Virus record (IMG/VR): IMGVR_UViG_3300032087_006210
Coordinates: 1-55,699 of that record
DNA: 55,699 bases
Strand: one strand, 5' to 3'
From: a virus
Taxonomy: Duplodnaviria > Caudoviricetes
Shown here: one piece after another, positions 10,113 through 20,037 of the stretch
How positions within the stretch are numbered: position 1 is the stretch's first letter
Layout of the letters: each line of letters begins with the position of its first letter
Notes under the pieces: generated by a model
What the model was told of the DNA's origin: nothing
The model's database searches: none
The model's input: only the letters and a program-made list of their open reading frames with translations
Program-made: the position numbers and the translations under genes

Positions 10113-11055
10113 GTTTTTTTTGGTCCCAAAAATATTGCATGTCAGTACGCCAAATATTTTTACCGTGCATTAAAACTCTTGGGATAAATTTTGAAGCACT
10201 TTCTCTGTCATCAACAAATACAAATTGGCAACACCTAGGAAAATCATGACATAAATCTTTAATCTGCCTAAGCGTGAAATCTACATTGCTACGCCGATTA
10301 AAAATTTTATTTTCTTTAATCATCTTTTCTACATTGGATTCTATCACAATAAATAAATAGGAATCCATTTCTTGCGCTCTTTGTATCTCTCTTCTAAATC
10401 TTTCTATGTTATGTTTATTTAAAGTCCCTTGCAAATCGTTGCCAGATTTTCTATCTACAAAAGTGTAATTGTAATATTTGCCTAATGTAGTATAATCCCC
10501 TATATCTAACTTCAGCACTTCTGATTGGCAAAAATCAAAACTCAAAGGTTTTTGCTCCCTTGTGTCTATAGCGATTTTTAGATCTTCAGGAATCTTATCT
10601 GTAAAAAAATTTTTAGGCAAGTTTTTGTCAAACAAAGGTTCGCAGCCTAAAACTTCGCAAGCCGCATTATAACTGCCAAAAATCTTTTTGTAGACGGAAA
10701 GAGGCGGCAAAAAAGAATTTTTAGTCTCTAAATGAAACGCGCCATACTTTCTATTTTTCTTGTTATGTCTTTTTTCAAGAAGTGACATTGCGTATTTTTT
10801 GACTTCTTCTGAAGAATTCTCTTCGCACCATTTGAATAATTGCTGCTTGGTGGAAAAGTCTCGTTCAAAATATTCTTCATATCTTTTGAAGGGCAATGGG
10901 TCACCTGTTAATTTGTTTTTTCTTGGAAAGTGTTTGGTATAGTAAGAAGCTAAATTTAAACCATGCTGTTTAAAATGTTTGTGCAATGAAGCTCTACTTG
11001 CAAACTCTTTGCCGCATTCTGCACAGGTAAAAACTTTGGACTCCACCACTTCCAT
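10099..11055 (-). CDS. C2H2 zinc finger plus ERCC4/XPF-type nuclease
   Basis: CAECGKEF...LHKHFKQH; IAIDTREQKPL, LDIGDY, VDRKS..DL. Confidence 0.8.
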   Translation of the reverse strand: MEVVESKVFTCAECGKEFASRASLHKHFKQHGLNLASYYTKHFPRKNKLTGDPLPFKRYEEYFERDFSTKQQLFKWCEENSSEEVKKYAMSLLEKRHNKKNRKYGAFHLETKNSFLPPLSVYKKIFGSYNAACEVLGCEPLFDKNLPKNFFTDKIPEDLKIAIDTREQKPLSFDFCQSEVLKLDIGDYTTLGKYYNYTFVDRKSGNDLQGTLNKHNIERFRREIQRAQEMDSYLFIVIESNVEKMIKENKIFNRRSNVDFTLRQIKDLCHDFPRCCQFVFVDDRESASKFIPRVLMHGKNIWRTDMQYFWDQKKHELA

Positions 11056-12125
11056 TATATCGCATCTTCCTTGCTGATACCCAAGACCCTAGCTTTCCAG
11101 TCGGACATTTTCTCTATTTCGTCCGCCTCTTTTCTGATCGCTTGCTTTTGCATATCTGCCATTTTGATCATCAGCTTTCTTTCATTTTCATCTTGAAATA
11201 ACTGCACTAACGAAAGAATAGAGGCATTGCGTTGCTGTTGATTTGCAACCCTCTTTGCTCTTTCGCCATTTAGCTTGGCTAACATTTTATCGATTCTGTT
11301 GATGCATTGGTTATACTCTTCAGCTTTAGTTTTTAACATCTCGGTCAATCTCATGGTCAAATCATTTTGACCCTCAGTGTCATCGAACATTAAATTTAAT
11401 TTTTGCTTCTGCTGCTCTATCTCTTTTAGATTGACATAATCCATGCATACATTAACATACAAATTTAGTTCATCAGAAGTTAAATCAGGCTTGTCCCAAG
11501 TGCTTCTAATATATTCTGATTCAAACAATTCTCGGTTCTGTTTTGTAATGTAAGAATTTATAACTTGCATGAACCTAGGCGCGCATAGATAAGAGATTAA
11601 TTTTTCTACGCATTTTTTGTCTTGCACATTTAGCTTGGTTGGCTCAAAAGATCTTGACGCAACTTTATTCAATCTTTTGATGGCAGTTGAAATTATTGTG
11701 GGCGGTACATACTTTTCTCCAGCCGCATCGTCACGAAGATTGGTTGTGGATGGAAATTCTTTGTTGATATATTCGCAAAGAGCGATGAACTTATCTGTCT
11801 CACTAAAGCCTTTGCTCTCAGCGTCTTTTGGCCACAACAGTTGACCAAGTTCGAGCTTTGTCATTTCAGGGCAATAGTGCTGCTTTACAAAAGATTTTTC
11901 ATCATCATTTAAAAAATGTTTAACAACTCTTTTTTTAACTTTTGTTCTGTAGCTCAGCCCTTTTTCGACCCAATACTTTCGCAGAGCCCTACCTCTAACA
12001 GTGCTGCCTTTTTCATTTTCGTCTTTGAATAATTTTTTAGTGGCTTCGCTTAAATCTCCATCTAGCTCTTGAAATAATTCTAAGCTACGCTTTTTTTCTT
12101 CGTCTGTTAAGGTATACTGCTTCAT
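11055..12125 (-). CDS. Hypothetical protein, possible terminase small subunit
   Basis: 356 aa, coiled-coil C-terminus, translationally coupled upstream of the nuclease and terL. Confidence 0.4.
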   Translation of the reverse strand: MKQYTLTDEEKKRSLELFQELDGDLSEATKKLFKDENEKGSTVRGRALRKYWVEKGLSYRTKVKKRVVKHFLNDDEKSFVKQHYCPEMTKLELGQLLWPKDAESKGFSETDKFIALCEYINKEFPSTTNLRDDAAGEKYVPPTIISTAIKRLNKVASRSFEPTKLNVQDKKCVEKLISYLCAPRFMQVINSYITKQNRELFESEYIRSTWDKPDLTSDELNLYVNVCMDYVNLKEIEQQKQKLNLMFDDTEGQNDLTMRLTEMLKTKAEEYNQCINRIDKMLAKLNGERAKRVANQQQRNASILSLVQLFQDENERKLMIKMADMQKQAIRKEADEIEKMSDWKARVLGISKEDAI

Positions 12126-12844
12126 TCGAAAAATATATCTGTTTCAAGGCAAATTCTTTTAGCTATTTTCTTGTAAAAATTTTTAAGATTTTTGATTTGT
12201 TTGTAACCGGCTTTCCTGCCTTTTTCGTTACTTTTGTAACCTAAAACTTTGGCAACCAGTTCTTCATCAATATAATCTATAAATAACATTTTATAAATTA
12301 TGTAATGCCTATCATTCAAATACTGCCTCATTTTCAGATGCATATGATTTACAGCTTTGTCAATTTTATAATGATCTTCCGGCGAAGTGTGGCGATCGAA
12401 ATCATTAGTTTCGAGTGAAACTGGTATCTTTATATCATAAGCCTGTTTTCTAGTTTTATACCACTTTGCGTAATCTGGACATTCGTCGGATTGCAATCCG
12501 CTAGATGTCAGAGAGCATAAATTAGAGACTTGGCCCGCGGCTTGTTCTTTTGATTGGTTGTGTTTACAGCTAACGCAAGGCCTTGCAAAATTAGAATAAT
12601 TATTACGTAAAATATTTTTGAGCTGGTTGGATATAATTTTGTTGACCCACGGCTCTATAGGTCTAGACTGGTCCCATTGATCCCATTTGTTATAAATGTG
12701 AGCTCTGATAATTTGCGATACGTCGTCGAAATCTAACCAAGCGAGAGCATGTAAATGCCACTTGTAGTATCGCTTTCTAATCTCGTTATCAATTACCTCA
12801 AATTTATCTTCGTACGTTTGTTTATTGTTGTCCGGCACTGCCAC
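12122..12844 (-). CDS. Phage sigma-factor-like protein
   Basis: DFDDVSQIIR..IYNKW..WD...PIEPWVNKIISNQLKNILR (region 2-like); C-terminal EELVAKVLGY HTH; Cys insertion. Confidence 0.65.
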   Translation of the reverse strand: MAVPDNNKQTYEDKFEVIDNEIRKRYYKWHLHALAWLDFDDVSQIIRAHIYNKWDQWDQSRPIEPWVNKIISNQLKNILRNNYSNFARPCVSCKHNQSKEQAAGQVSNLCSLTSSGLQSDECPDYAKWYKTRKQAYDIKIPVSLETNDFDRHTSPEDHYKIDKAVNHMHLKMRQYLNDRHYIIYKMLFIDYIDEELVAKVLGYKSNEKGRKAGYKQIKNLKNFYKKIAKRICLETDIFFE

Positions 12845-13214
12845 CTACATCCTCGTAATTCCCGCGAGAGCTGCCGCATTCGCGTTGGGACACTTTTAAA
12901 AAATCCTCCTTGGTCATTTTTTTGTACCCCTCAGTGGCTTCAGCATTGTATGCAATTTCTTCCGGATTAATTGGATTATTTACCAAAGTTTCAATTGTAA
13001 CTTTACTTTTTGGCAAATCGATTTCATACTCTAATTTTGAAATGTTAGGCACGGAATCCTCGTCTCGTGAACTGGCAGAAGACTCAGATTTTACTGTTGA
13101 GCCTTTAGCCATTCCAAATGCCGAAAAAGTCTCACCGCAACTTTGACAAAAGTTCGGCTTCTTTAAAGTGAAGTGATTTTTAGCTCCACACTCTGGACAA
13201 AATATACTAGCCAT
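12822..13214 (-). CDS. Zinc-ribbon protein
   Basis: FCPECGAK...FCQSCG. Confidence 0.75.
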   Translation of the reverse strand: MASIFCPECGAKNHFTLKKPNFCQSCGETFSAFGMAKGSTVKSESSASSRDEDSVPNISKLEYEIDLPKSKVTIETLVNNPINPEEIAYNAEATEGYKKMTKEDFLKVSQRECGSSRGNYEDVGGSAGQQ

Positions 13215-13224
13215 TTTTTATATT

Positions 13225-13947
13225 TTATTTTTGTAGGTTATTTTCTAATTTATTTACAATAAATTTTAATATTTCGCTGCGAACAATATCCTCGTCTGTA
13301 AAACGAAAAGTGTAGATTCCTTGCTCTTTAGATTCTTCATTGTCAAATATTTCCATAATCGGAGCAAATCCAGTTTTTCCATTTATGTCAGATTGCATCG
13401 GGTCACCGCATATGAAGTACTTGGAATTTTCACCTATCCTTGTTATCAAGGTTATCAACTCTTTTCTTGTAAAGTTTTGAGACTCATCTGCGATAATCAG
13501 TTTATTAGCCCAGCTAGCACCCCTTAAATAATTTATTGGGGCGCACTGTATAATATTTTCCTCTATTAGCATTTTTATTTGATCTTTTTCCAAAAGCTCT
13601 TCAAGTTTATCTTGAAGCGGCATCATGAAAGGATGAAATTTTTCATCTACATCTCCCGGCAAGCTGCCTAAATTCTTTTCTCCACTTTCTGCTATTGTTC
13701 TAACATAAAAAACATCTTGGTTCATATTCATGTTAAAAAGCTGTAAAGCCGCATAAATAGAAACAAAAGTTTTCGAAGACCCTGCTGGTCCTGAAACAAA
13801 AATTATTTTTGTATTTTTATCAAAAGCTATTTTTAAGAACTCATGTTGCTTTTTTGTTAACTCAAAATTTTTCAGATAAAGCTTGTACTTATTTTCATTT
13901 AATGCTATTATCTTTTCCGACGCTGAAGACTTCTTCCGTCTGCTCAT
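13225..13947 (-). CDS. phoH: PhoH family ATPase
   Basis: GPAGSSKT, LGSLPGD..EK, YLRGASW, IADESQN, ITRIGENSK, GDPMQSD, DIVRS. Confidence 0.95.
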   Translation of the reverse strand: MSRRKKSSASEKIIALNENKYKLYLKNFELTKKQHEFLKIAFDKNTKIIFVSGPAGSSKTFVSIYAALQLFNMNMNQDVFYVRTIAESGEKNLGSLPGDVDEKFHPFMMPLQDKLEELLEKDQIKMLIEENIIQCAPINYLRGASWANKLIIADESQNFTRKELITLITRIGENSKYFICGDPMQSDINGKTGFAPIMEIFDNEESKEQGIYTFRFTDEDIVRSEILKFIVNKLENNLQK

Positions 13948-14001
13948 TACATAATATTACACTTGACTTAGGTAAAATACCTTTTAAAATATAAAGAAGA
14001 T

Positions 14002-15105
14002 ATGATTTTCCATGTTCTGTCAGTTCCAATTTACCCTACACGAAAAGAAATAACACTTTGTGCATTCACGCAAAAAGTTTATAAATTTTGCACCGAAATG
14101 ACAAAAAGAGGTCATACGGTATTTCATTACGGGCATCCTGATTCAGACGTAAATTGTACAAAACATTTTGATGTAGTCTCAAGGAACACTTACAACAAAG
14201 TTTACGGTAAACAAAGCTGGAAAGAATTTCACAACCAAAATGTTGATAACGAAGTTCATAATGAATTTAATAAAAATGCTTCCAAATTAATTCAAAAAAA
14301 CAAGCAAAGCGAGAGCGATCTAGTTTTAGCTTTTTGGGGTTTTGGACATGCTAACTGCTGCAATCAATTGAAAGACTTTATAATAGTTGAGCCAAGCGTA
14401 GGATATGATTCTGGATTTGCTCCATTCAAAGTATTTGAAAGTTATGCTCAATTGCATAAGTTACAACATCAGTTATATAAAAACAATATACCATCTTTTG
14501 GTGACGCTGTCATACCTCCGGGCTTCTACTTTGACGACTTTATTTACGAAAAACAAAAAAATGACTATATGCTTTTTCTAGGCAGAATGGTAGATGCTAA
14601 AGGTATAATTCTGGCCCAAGAAGTTTCAAAAATATTAAAATTACCAATAAAATTTGTTGGCCCACAAAATATGAAAAACAGTCTGGCTAAAGATAATCCA
14701 AGAGCTGAATATATTCACACTGTTAGTTTTGATGAAAGAAAAAATTTTTTGGCAAAAGCTAGATGTTTGATAATGCCAAGTTTATATTCTGAGCCTTGCG
14801 GATGGACTATGATAGAATCTTTCATCTCTGGCACTCCAGTAATTTCTACAGATTGGGGTGGAATGTCTGAGTACAACATTCACAGAAAAACCGGATTCAG
14901 ATGCAGGTCTTTAAATGAGTTTGTGCATGCTGTTAATCAAAGTGCTCAAATTCGACCTCAAGATTGCAGAAAACATGCGGAAGATAATTTTGCGATTTCT
15001 GATATCATGGCCACGTACGAAAGGTATTTTTCTTCTGTTATAAATTTAAAAAAATATCAAGGACCGAACTACGTCCTTGAAAAGTGCAATTTTATTGTCA
15101 AATAA
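14002..15105 (+). CDS. Glycosyltransferase family 4 (GT-B)
   Basis: LFLGRMVDAKG; PSLYSEPCG...IESFISGTPVISTDWGG. Confidence 0.9.
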   Translation: MIFHVLSVPIYPTRKEITLCAFTQKVYKFCTEMTKRGHTVFHYGHPDSDVNCTKHFDVVSRNTYNKVYGKQSWKEFHNQNVDNEVHNEFNKNASKLIQKNKQSESDLVLAFWGFGHANCCNQLKDFIIVEPSVGYDSGFAPFKVFESYAQLHKLQHQLYKNNIPSFGDAVIPPGFYFDDFIYEKQKNDYMLFLGRMVDAKGIILAQEVSKILKLPIKFVGPQNMKNSLAKDNPRAEYIHTVSFDERKNFLAKARCLIMPSLYSEPCGWTMIESFISGTPVISTDWGGMSEYNIHRKTGFRCRSLNEFVHAVNQSAQIRPQDCRKHAEDNFAISDIMATYERYFSSVINLKKYQGPNYVLEKCNFIVK

Positions 15106-15152
15106 AAATATAATAGTATTTTTAAAAAATCTGTGTATAATATATCCGTAAT

Positions 15153-15455
15153 ATGGGAGAGCAAGGAAAAAACAAAATAAGCTTTGGTGATCTTGATACA
15201 TTTCTTAAAATAGCGCCAATTATTGGGCTAGCTATTTTAGCTTACCTTCAAACATTGTTTCCTAGTAAAGTTGAATTCGAAAAGTTAGAAGACCATTTAA
15301 TTCAAATGGATAAAAAAATAACAGAAATTACAATTCTTCAAAAAGACACTTCAAACAATACGTCCGAAATTAGAAATTTAAACGCAAGATTGAGAGAGAT
15401 AGAATTAAAATTAGCGCAACATCACCCCTCAGCTCTAAAAACAAAAAACCCATAG
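15153..15455 (+). CDS. Small membrane-anchored coiled-coil protein
   Basis: One TM segment plus heptad C-terminus; GTGTA motif upstream. Confidence 0.6.
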   Translation: MGEQGKNKISFGDLDTFLKIAPIIGLAILAYLQTLFPSKVEFEKLEDHLIQMDKKITEITILQKDTSNNTSEIRNLNARLREIELKLAQHHPSALKTKNP

Positions 15456-15485
15456 AAAAACAAATTTTAAAAAATATTATAACAA

Positions 15486-15911
15486 ATGGCACACTTATCA
15501 GGAACATACACTTATACTTTTAGCCGGTTAGATCCGATGTACAATAACTCCTTGAAAACCGGAGTTGAATCTTTGGTTGTGGGCTTAAGCTGTCAATATA
15601 GCGGTCTTGATGAAAACGGAGTATCTGTTGTTGAAGGCGCATATATTGACGGCACCACAGGATTTTCTCAATGGTATACTGATTTAGATACTGGTACGCA
15701 CCCCTCAAGTTCTGGTTATATTAGTGTTAATTACACCCCTGAATATGTATCTGGAAATATTAGCGGGCTGGCTAATGAATATGTTTCTGGACTAGGGTGG
15801 CTGCACCAGTTAGAAGATCAGATTTATAGCAAATTGCATACGCCGATCCCATGGTCAGATTTTCCATTTCCTCACGACGGGATACCCCCTGTTAATCCAG
15901 AAGATGAATAA
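15486..15911 (+). CDS. Hypothetical protein, possibly tail-fibre associated
   Basis: 141 aa ORF followed by terminator. Confidence 0.55.
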   Translation: MAHLSGTYTYTFSRLDPMYNNSLKTGVESLVVGLSCQYSGLDENGVSVVEGAYIDGTTGFSQWYTDLDTGTHPSSSGYISVNYTPEYVSGNISGLANEYVSGLGWLHQLEDQIYSKLHTPIPWSDFPFPHDGIPPVNPEDE

Positions 15912-15944
15912 AGAAAAGCCCCGCAAAAGCGGGGCTTCTTTTTT
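15912..15944. terminator. Bidirectional terminator
   Basis: AAGCCCCGC-AAAA-GCGGGGCTT flanked by A- and T-rich runs between convergent genes. Confidence 0.85.
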
Positions 15945-15956
15945 ATGTAATTGGTA

Positions 15957-16355
15957 TTATTCGCCGGGCTTATTACCCTCAATTACTTTGTCGCGTTTGT
16001 TTGCAAATTCTTTTTTGATCTCAGTCATACGCTTTTTCATTTCTTCTGCATGTTTCTTGCGCAGTTCGTGAAGCTCTTTGGTAAGCTCGCGCATTTTTTC
16101 ACGAAGCTCATTTAATTCTTCACTTTGTATACGTTTACCATCCCATCTGCCAAAATGTTTAGGCTTTTTAGTTCCACGCTGCTTTTTTCTTTTTTCGGCA
16201 GCAGCTTTTAAACGCTCTTTGACTTTTTCTCTATCAACCTTCTTTTCCGGACGAGGTTTGTCCGGCTTATCTTTATGTTTATTAGGGCGCGCTTGAACTG
16301 TAGATAATGACATTGCGATAATCGCAACCAATAAGATTTTAGATAAGTATTTCAT
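15957..16355 (-). CDS. Secreted basic coiled-coil protein
   Basis: Signal peptide MKYLSKILLVAIIAMSLSTVQA then K/E/R-rich helix; start moved to 16355. Confidence 0.65.
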   Translation of the reverse strand: MKYLSKILLVAIIAMSLSTVQARPNKHKDKPDKPRPEKKVDREKVKERLKAAAEKRKKQRGTKKPKHFGRWDGKRIQSEELNELREKMRELTKELHELRKKHAEEMKKRMTEIKKEFANKRDKVIEGNKPGE

Positions 16356-16447
16356 ACTTAACATAATATACACCATAGGGGCTTTTTAGTTACATAAAAA
16401 TATTTGGCGCCAAATATTCTTTGTGAGTGTAAATTCTTTTTGGAGAA

Positions 16448-16714
16448 GTGTTCAAAAGAATAATCATATTGTTTTGTTTTTTTGTTTTATCGGGCTGCAA
16501 GTCGATCGAAGGCGATGGCAGAGTAGAAAAAATACGCGTTTCAATTCCCGCGTTTTTGTCTATAGAGATGGATTATTACAAAGATCAAGAAAATAAAAAT
16601 CCAGAAGGGATGACAAAAACTACAAGTTTTACACCTGTATCAAAAGAAGAAATTGAAATTCCGGGGGTAGGGATAATGCCCAAATTGATGGACATGACCA
16701 AAGGGGGAAAATAA
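16448..16714 (+). CDS. Lipoprotein
   Basis: Lipobox VLSGC. Confidence 0.6.
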   Translation: MFKRIIILFCFFVLSGCKSIEGDGRVEKIRVSIPAFLSIEMDYYKDQENKNPEGMTKTTSFTPVSKEEIEIPGVGIMPKLMDMTKGGK

Positions 16715-17158
16715 ATGGAAACTCAACTTTTAAATAATTTAACAAATTTAGTTAATACTAACGTATTAAATCAACTACAATCTTTTGACAAAAGTCAAGC
16801 AGAAAATATAGCCAAAACTTTATTTTCCGAGTACGGGTGGCTTTTTGCCGCAGGTGTCGCAGTTATTCTGATTAAAGATGTTATGATGAATTTTGCTAAA
16901 GGAATTCTTATATTCTATGGCTCTCATTTTAATAACGACGATATAATTTATATTAGTGGACGTCAAGCAAGAATAGTAAGAGTAGGCTTGACCACTACTA
17001 CGTTTTACATGACAGACCGCAAAACGAAAATGGTCGTACCGAACGAACAGCTTAAGGAGCTTACAATTGAAAAAACTTTACCGCTCAACGGCGGATCTCC
17101 GTATCTACCTAAAGGCAATGACCCTGAGTTTGAAAAACCAAGCTCAAGTAAAAAGTGA
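16715..17158 (+). CDS. MscS-like (mechanosensitive channel beta-domain) membrane protein
   Basis: TM helix then FNNDDIIYISGRQARIVRVGLTTTTF...VVPNEQL. Confidence 0.65.
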   Translation: METQLLNNLTNLVNTNVLNQLQSFDKSQAENIAKTLFSEYGWLFAAGVAVILIKDVMMNFAKGILIFYGSHFNNDDIIYISGRQARIVRVGLTTTTFYMTDRKTKMVVPNEQLKELTIEKTLPLNGGSPYLPKGNDPEFEKPSSSKK

Positions 17159-17436
17159 GTAAATCTCAACAAAAACTCAAAATGAAAAGAAGAAAACTCT
17201 TGGCAAAACAACAAAGAGCCGAAGCTCTAGAAAAGAAAAAATCTTTAAAAAAGAAAATTATTTTAGGTATAATAGTTATTGTTATCTCTGTTGCCTGCGC
17301 ATTCACATTTGGCAAAAAGCAAGAAATAAAAGAAAAAATTGCTGAAAAAGCTGTAGAACATGTAATTGATGACGCCACAGAAAAGCTAAAAGATAAGGCG
17401 TTAGAAAAAATAACAGAAAATTTTATTATAAAATAA
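17155..17436 (+). CDS. Small membrane protein
   Basis: Basic N-terminus and single TM; overlaps upstream stop. Confidence 0.55.
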   Translation: MSKSQQKLKMKRRKLLAKQQRAEALEKKKSLKKKIILGIIVIVISVACAFTFGKKQEIKEKIAEKAVEHVIDDATEKLKDKALEKITENFIIK

Positions 17437-17437
17437 C

Positions 17438-17635
17438 ATGAAATATAATTACAATTTTAATCGAGATGAAGACGTGGACCCTACAGGCCAAGTCGTAGAA
17501 AATATTAGCACAGCAATAAACGGTGATGCCACTAATTTAACTTTAGATGCTGTTTTAAGTGGCGTTGAGAGTTTCACTATCGCTTGTGGTTTTGAACTAA
17601 ATGGAAGTGGTGTAGGACTGGTCAGTAAAGGCTAA
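17438..17635 (+). CDS. Hypothetical protein
   Basis: 65 aa in operon. Confidence 0.5.
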   Translation: MKYNYNFNRDEDVDPTGQVVENISTAINGDATNLTLDAVLSGVESFTIACGFELNGSGVGLVSKG

Positions 17636-17805
17636 GATTTTTTAATAATTTCAATTCTATTTTTGTATTTTGAAATTAGCGCTATAATTTCATCAGCTAC
17701 ATTTTCAAAATCCTCTTCATCCATTTTAGAAGAACAATACATTAACTGCGAGACTAATTGACATGTGTACGCATATGCTTCATGTCGTTTTTCTTCGTTG
17801 TGCAT
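17632..17805 (-). CDS. Hypothetical protein (57 aa, not in ORF track)
   Basis: MHNEEKRHEAYAY...KIIKKS fills the gap after the 17810 gene. Confidence 0.45.
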   Translation of the reverse strand: MHNEEKRHEAYAYTCQLVSQLMYCSSKMDEEDFENVADEIIALISKYKNRIEIIKKS

Positions 17806-17809
17806 TTCT

Positions 17810-18412
17810 TTATGTTAGTTGATAAAATATTGCGGCAACTAATCGGCAATCTTTTTGCGTTGCTCCCCACGCTTGTTTTGGGAATTTTGAATGAAAATAT
17901 TCAGCCGGATATGCAGTCAATCTATTTTCAATTCCCCCAATGACAGAGCTTAATTCCCACTTTTCAATATTATTATAGTCTTTATTGGAAATTTCTAACA
18001 TTTCTTTTTGCGGGATATCTCTAGGCATTGAGTATCCTAATTCTTTATGCCTCCAGAGTGCTGTCCCACTTAAATCTTGATCGTTTTGGCTAATATAAAA
18101 TACAGCTCCATAATCTGGAATTTTATCAACGCCAACAGATAGATCAGAATGTATCGCCCAGTTTTTATCCAGATATTGCGTAGCTTTACGAATTGTAGAT
18201 AATACCACCTCAATTTTGCAATGATGAATTTTTTCTAAAGTTTTAACTATGGATTCTTGCAATCCGTACGGCATATCTGTTATATAAAATTTTTTATTAT
18301 TATCCCCCTCTACCATTCGATAGACAGCAACATTTTGTAAATAATTTTTATATTCTTCAAACTCTTTTTCGTCCAAAACTTTATCGACAATAAAAGAAAT
18401 ATTTTTCATCAT
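17810..18412 (-). CDS. 2OG-Fe(II) oxygenase-like protein
   Basis: IHSD (HxD), GAVFYI, SGTALW, NRLTAYPAEYFHS, RLV. Confidence 0.75.
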   Translation of the reverse strand: MMKNISFIVDKVLDEKEFEEYKNYLQNVAVYRMVEGDNNKKFYITDMPYGLQESIVKTLEKIHHCKIEVVLSTIRKATQYLDKNWAIHSDLSVGVDKIPDYGAVFYISQNDQDLSGTALWRHKELGYSMPRDIPQKEMLEISNKDYNNIEKWELSSVIGGIENRLTAYPAEYFHSKFPKQAWGATQKDCRLVAAIFYQLT

Positions 18413-19134
18413 GCGGAAGGATACTCTGGCAAATCTTCGGTATACATTTTAGATCTTAACGGACTAGGCTCTTTAGTCTCTTCCTTATCTTCTTCAGGAT
18501 AGTGATTATAGAAAAAATAAGGGCTATTACCATATGAACGATCGATGTCTTCAGACGTCATTGCGTCTTTAAATATTTTTACTTTTGGCGGGTTATCCAC
18601 AGGATAAGGAACAATAAAATCAGGGTTATGCCAGCGAAGTAGATTATTAGGAGGTATGGCGTAATTTCCATCGTCCAATTGTAAAAAGTGATAACACTTT
18701 GAATCTTGGTCGTTAGCGTATCCGATATTGAGCTCGTTAAGATCTCCCTCGTAGTCGTCAATAGTAAAAACATACTGACCAGAACGCCATACTCTGTCGC
18801 GGCAGAATACGTCAACTCTACGGTTTTGCAAAAAGCCGAACGTTGTAACTGCAATGTCATTATCCTGACAATCCCACGTCTGTAGTAGAGATAATCTTCT
18901 TTGTTCATCTTCGTGCAACGGATCATAATCCTCTTTATGGCAAAAAGCAGATATAGGCATTTGCCAAAAAATAGCGCCAAAGCACGATTGAAAGTGAAAG
19001 TGCATCGGCCTATTGATCATAGATTTTACACCGAAAATGTAACCTTCGGTTAGTCCGGGGTCATCATTTCCAAAAATATATTTGTTTCTTATGAAACATT
19101 CGATGTATGGGGTATTTGCATTTAATTGAGCCAT
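18409..19134 (-). CDS. Phage hypothetical protein
   Basis: Likely start MAQLNANTPYIECFIR; divergent promoter upstream. Confidence 0.65.
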   Translation of the reverse strand: MAQLNANTPYIECFIRNKYIFGNDDPGLTEGYIFGVKSMINRPMHFHFQSCFGAIFWQMPISAFCHKEDYDPLHEDEQRRLSLLQTWDCQDNDIAVTTFGFLQNRRVDVFCRDRVWRSGQYVFTIDDYEGDLNELNIGYANDQDSKCYHFLQLDDGNYAIPPNNLLRWHNPDFIVPYPVDNPPKVKIFKDAMTSEDIDRSYGNSPYFFYNHYPEEDKEETKEPSPLRSKMYTEDLPEYPSA

Positions 19135-19147
19135 TTTGATTCTTTTG

Positions 19148-19193
19148 AGTGTAATATAAAAGACTTGACATGCACGTGTCAACTCACTATTAT
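19148..19193. promoter_or_regulatory. Overlapping divergent sigma70 promoters
   Basis: TTGACA-tgcacg-TGTCAA at 19165-19182 supplies a -35 on both strands; plus strand TTGACA-17-TATTAT. Confidence 0.6.
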
Positions 19194-19237
19194 CTTAGCA
19201 GGTTTTGACCTACCTTTAAAAGGTTTTTTTACAAAAT

Positions 19238-19969
19238 ATGAAGAAATTATTTCTTACAACATTATTGATTGGTTCTTGCCTCTCTTTGAGTGCGCAAGAA
19301 GTGGCTCCTAAGCCCTCGTTTACTGCAATCGCCGGCTACGCCGATGAGATCAACATTCGCGGTTTATCTTATGGTGGAGATGGTTTCCTTGCAGGGATTA
19401 ACGGTAAGTTCCCAGTTACACTTCTAGACCAAAGTTGGACTATTGATTCTGGAGCTTACCATCTGTTAGCTTCAGAAGAAGAAACGCAGTCGCATTTTCA
19501 TATCGGCCTTGGTAGAGGCTGGGAGATTGGCGGTTTTGGCCTGAAAACTTCAGGCGGAATCAGCAGTCACCAGATTGCCAATCCTGCCATTGATAGCAGC
19601 GTGGCTGTACAAGGAACTGTGAAGTTAGCTTCTGATCCTTTAGGTGTTAGCGAATGGGTGACTCCATCGATTTCGCTTTGGAAGGATGTAGATTACGGGT
19701 TCACTGGCGCTACATGGAAAGTAGAGAAGGATTTTGGTTTAAATCTTTTAGGAAAAGATTTGTCTTTAACTCCTTCTGTAGCTTGGGGAATTGGCGACGA
19801 GTACGACTATACTCAATTGTCTTTAGGTGCTTCTACTGACATTGAGCTTTTTGGTACAACTTGGGAGCCGAACGTTAACATCACTTATCTTGATAATGAT
19901 GTCGACGTAGACGGACTTAAGGCCGACGAACAGGTTTCTGTTTGGCTTGGCATGAAATATAAGTTCTAA
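19238..19969 (+). CDS. Outer-membrane beta-barrel protein
   Basis: Signal peptide, alternating amphipathic strands, C-terminal VWLGMKYKF beta-signal. Confidence 0.8.
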   Translation: MKKLFLTTLLIGSCLSLSAQEVAPKPSFTAIAGYADEINIRGLSYGGDGFLAGINGKFPVTLLDQSWTIDSGAYHLLASEEETQSHFHIGLGRGWEIGGFGLKTSGGISSHQIANPAIDSSVAVQGTVKLASDPLGVSEWVTPSISLWKDVDYGFTGATWKVEKDFGLNLLGKDLSLTPSVAWGIGDEYDYTQLSLGASTDIELFGTTWEPNVNITYLDNDVDVDGLKADEQVSVWLGMKYKF

Positions 19970-19992
19970 AAACTAATTTAAAATATTAGTTC

Positions 19993-20023
19993 AAAACCCT
20001 CGGATGAACTCCGGGGGTTTTTT
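19993..20023 (+). terminator. Intrinsic terminator
   Basis: AAAACCCTCGGA...TCCGGGGGTTTTTT. Confidence 0.75.
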
Positions 20024-20037
20024 GTGTAAATACTTAT

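Noticed and set aside
15153-17436. Holin/spanin lysis cassette
   Set aside because: Membrane and lipoprotein genes are present, but there is no adjacent endolysin or clear spanin pair.
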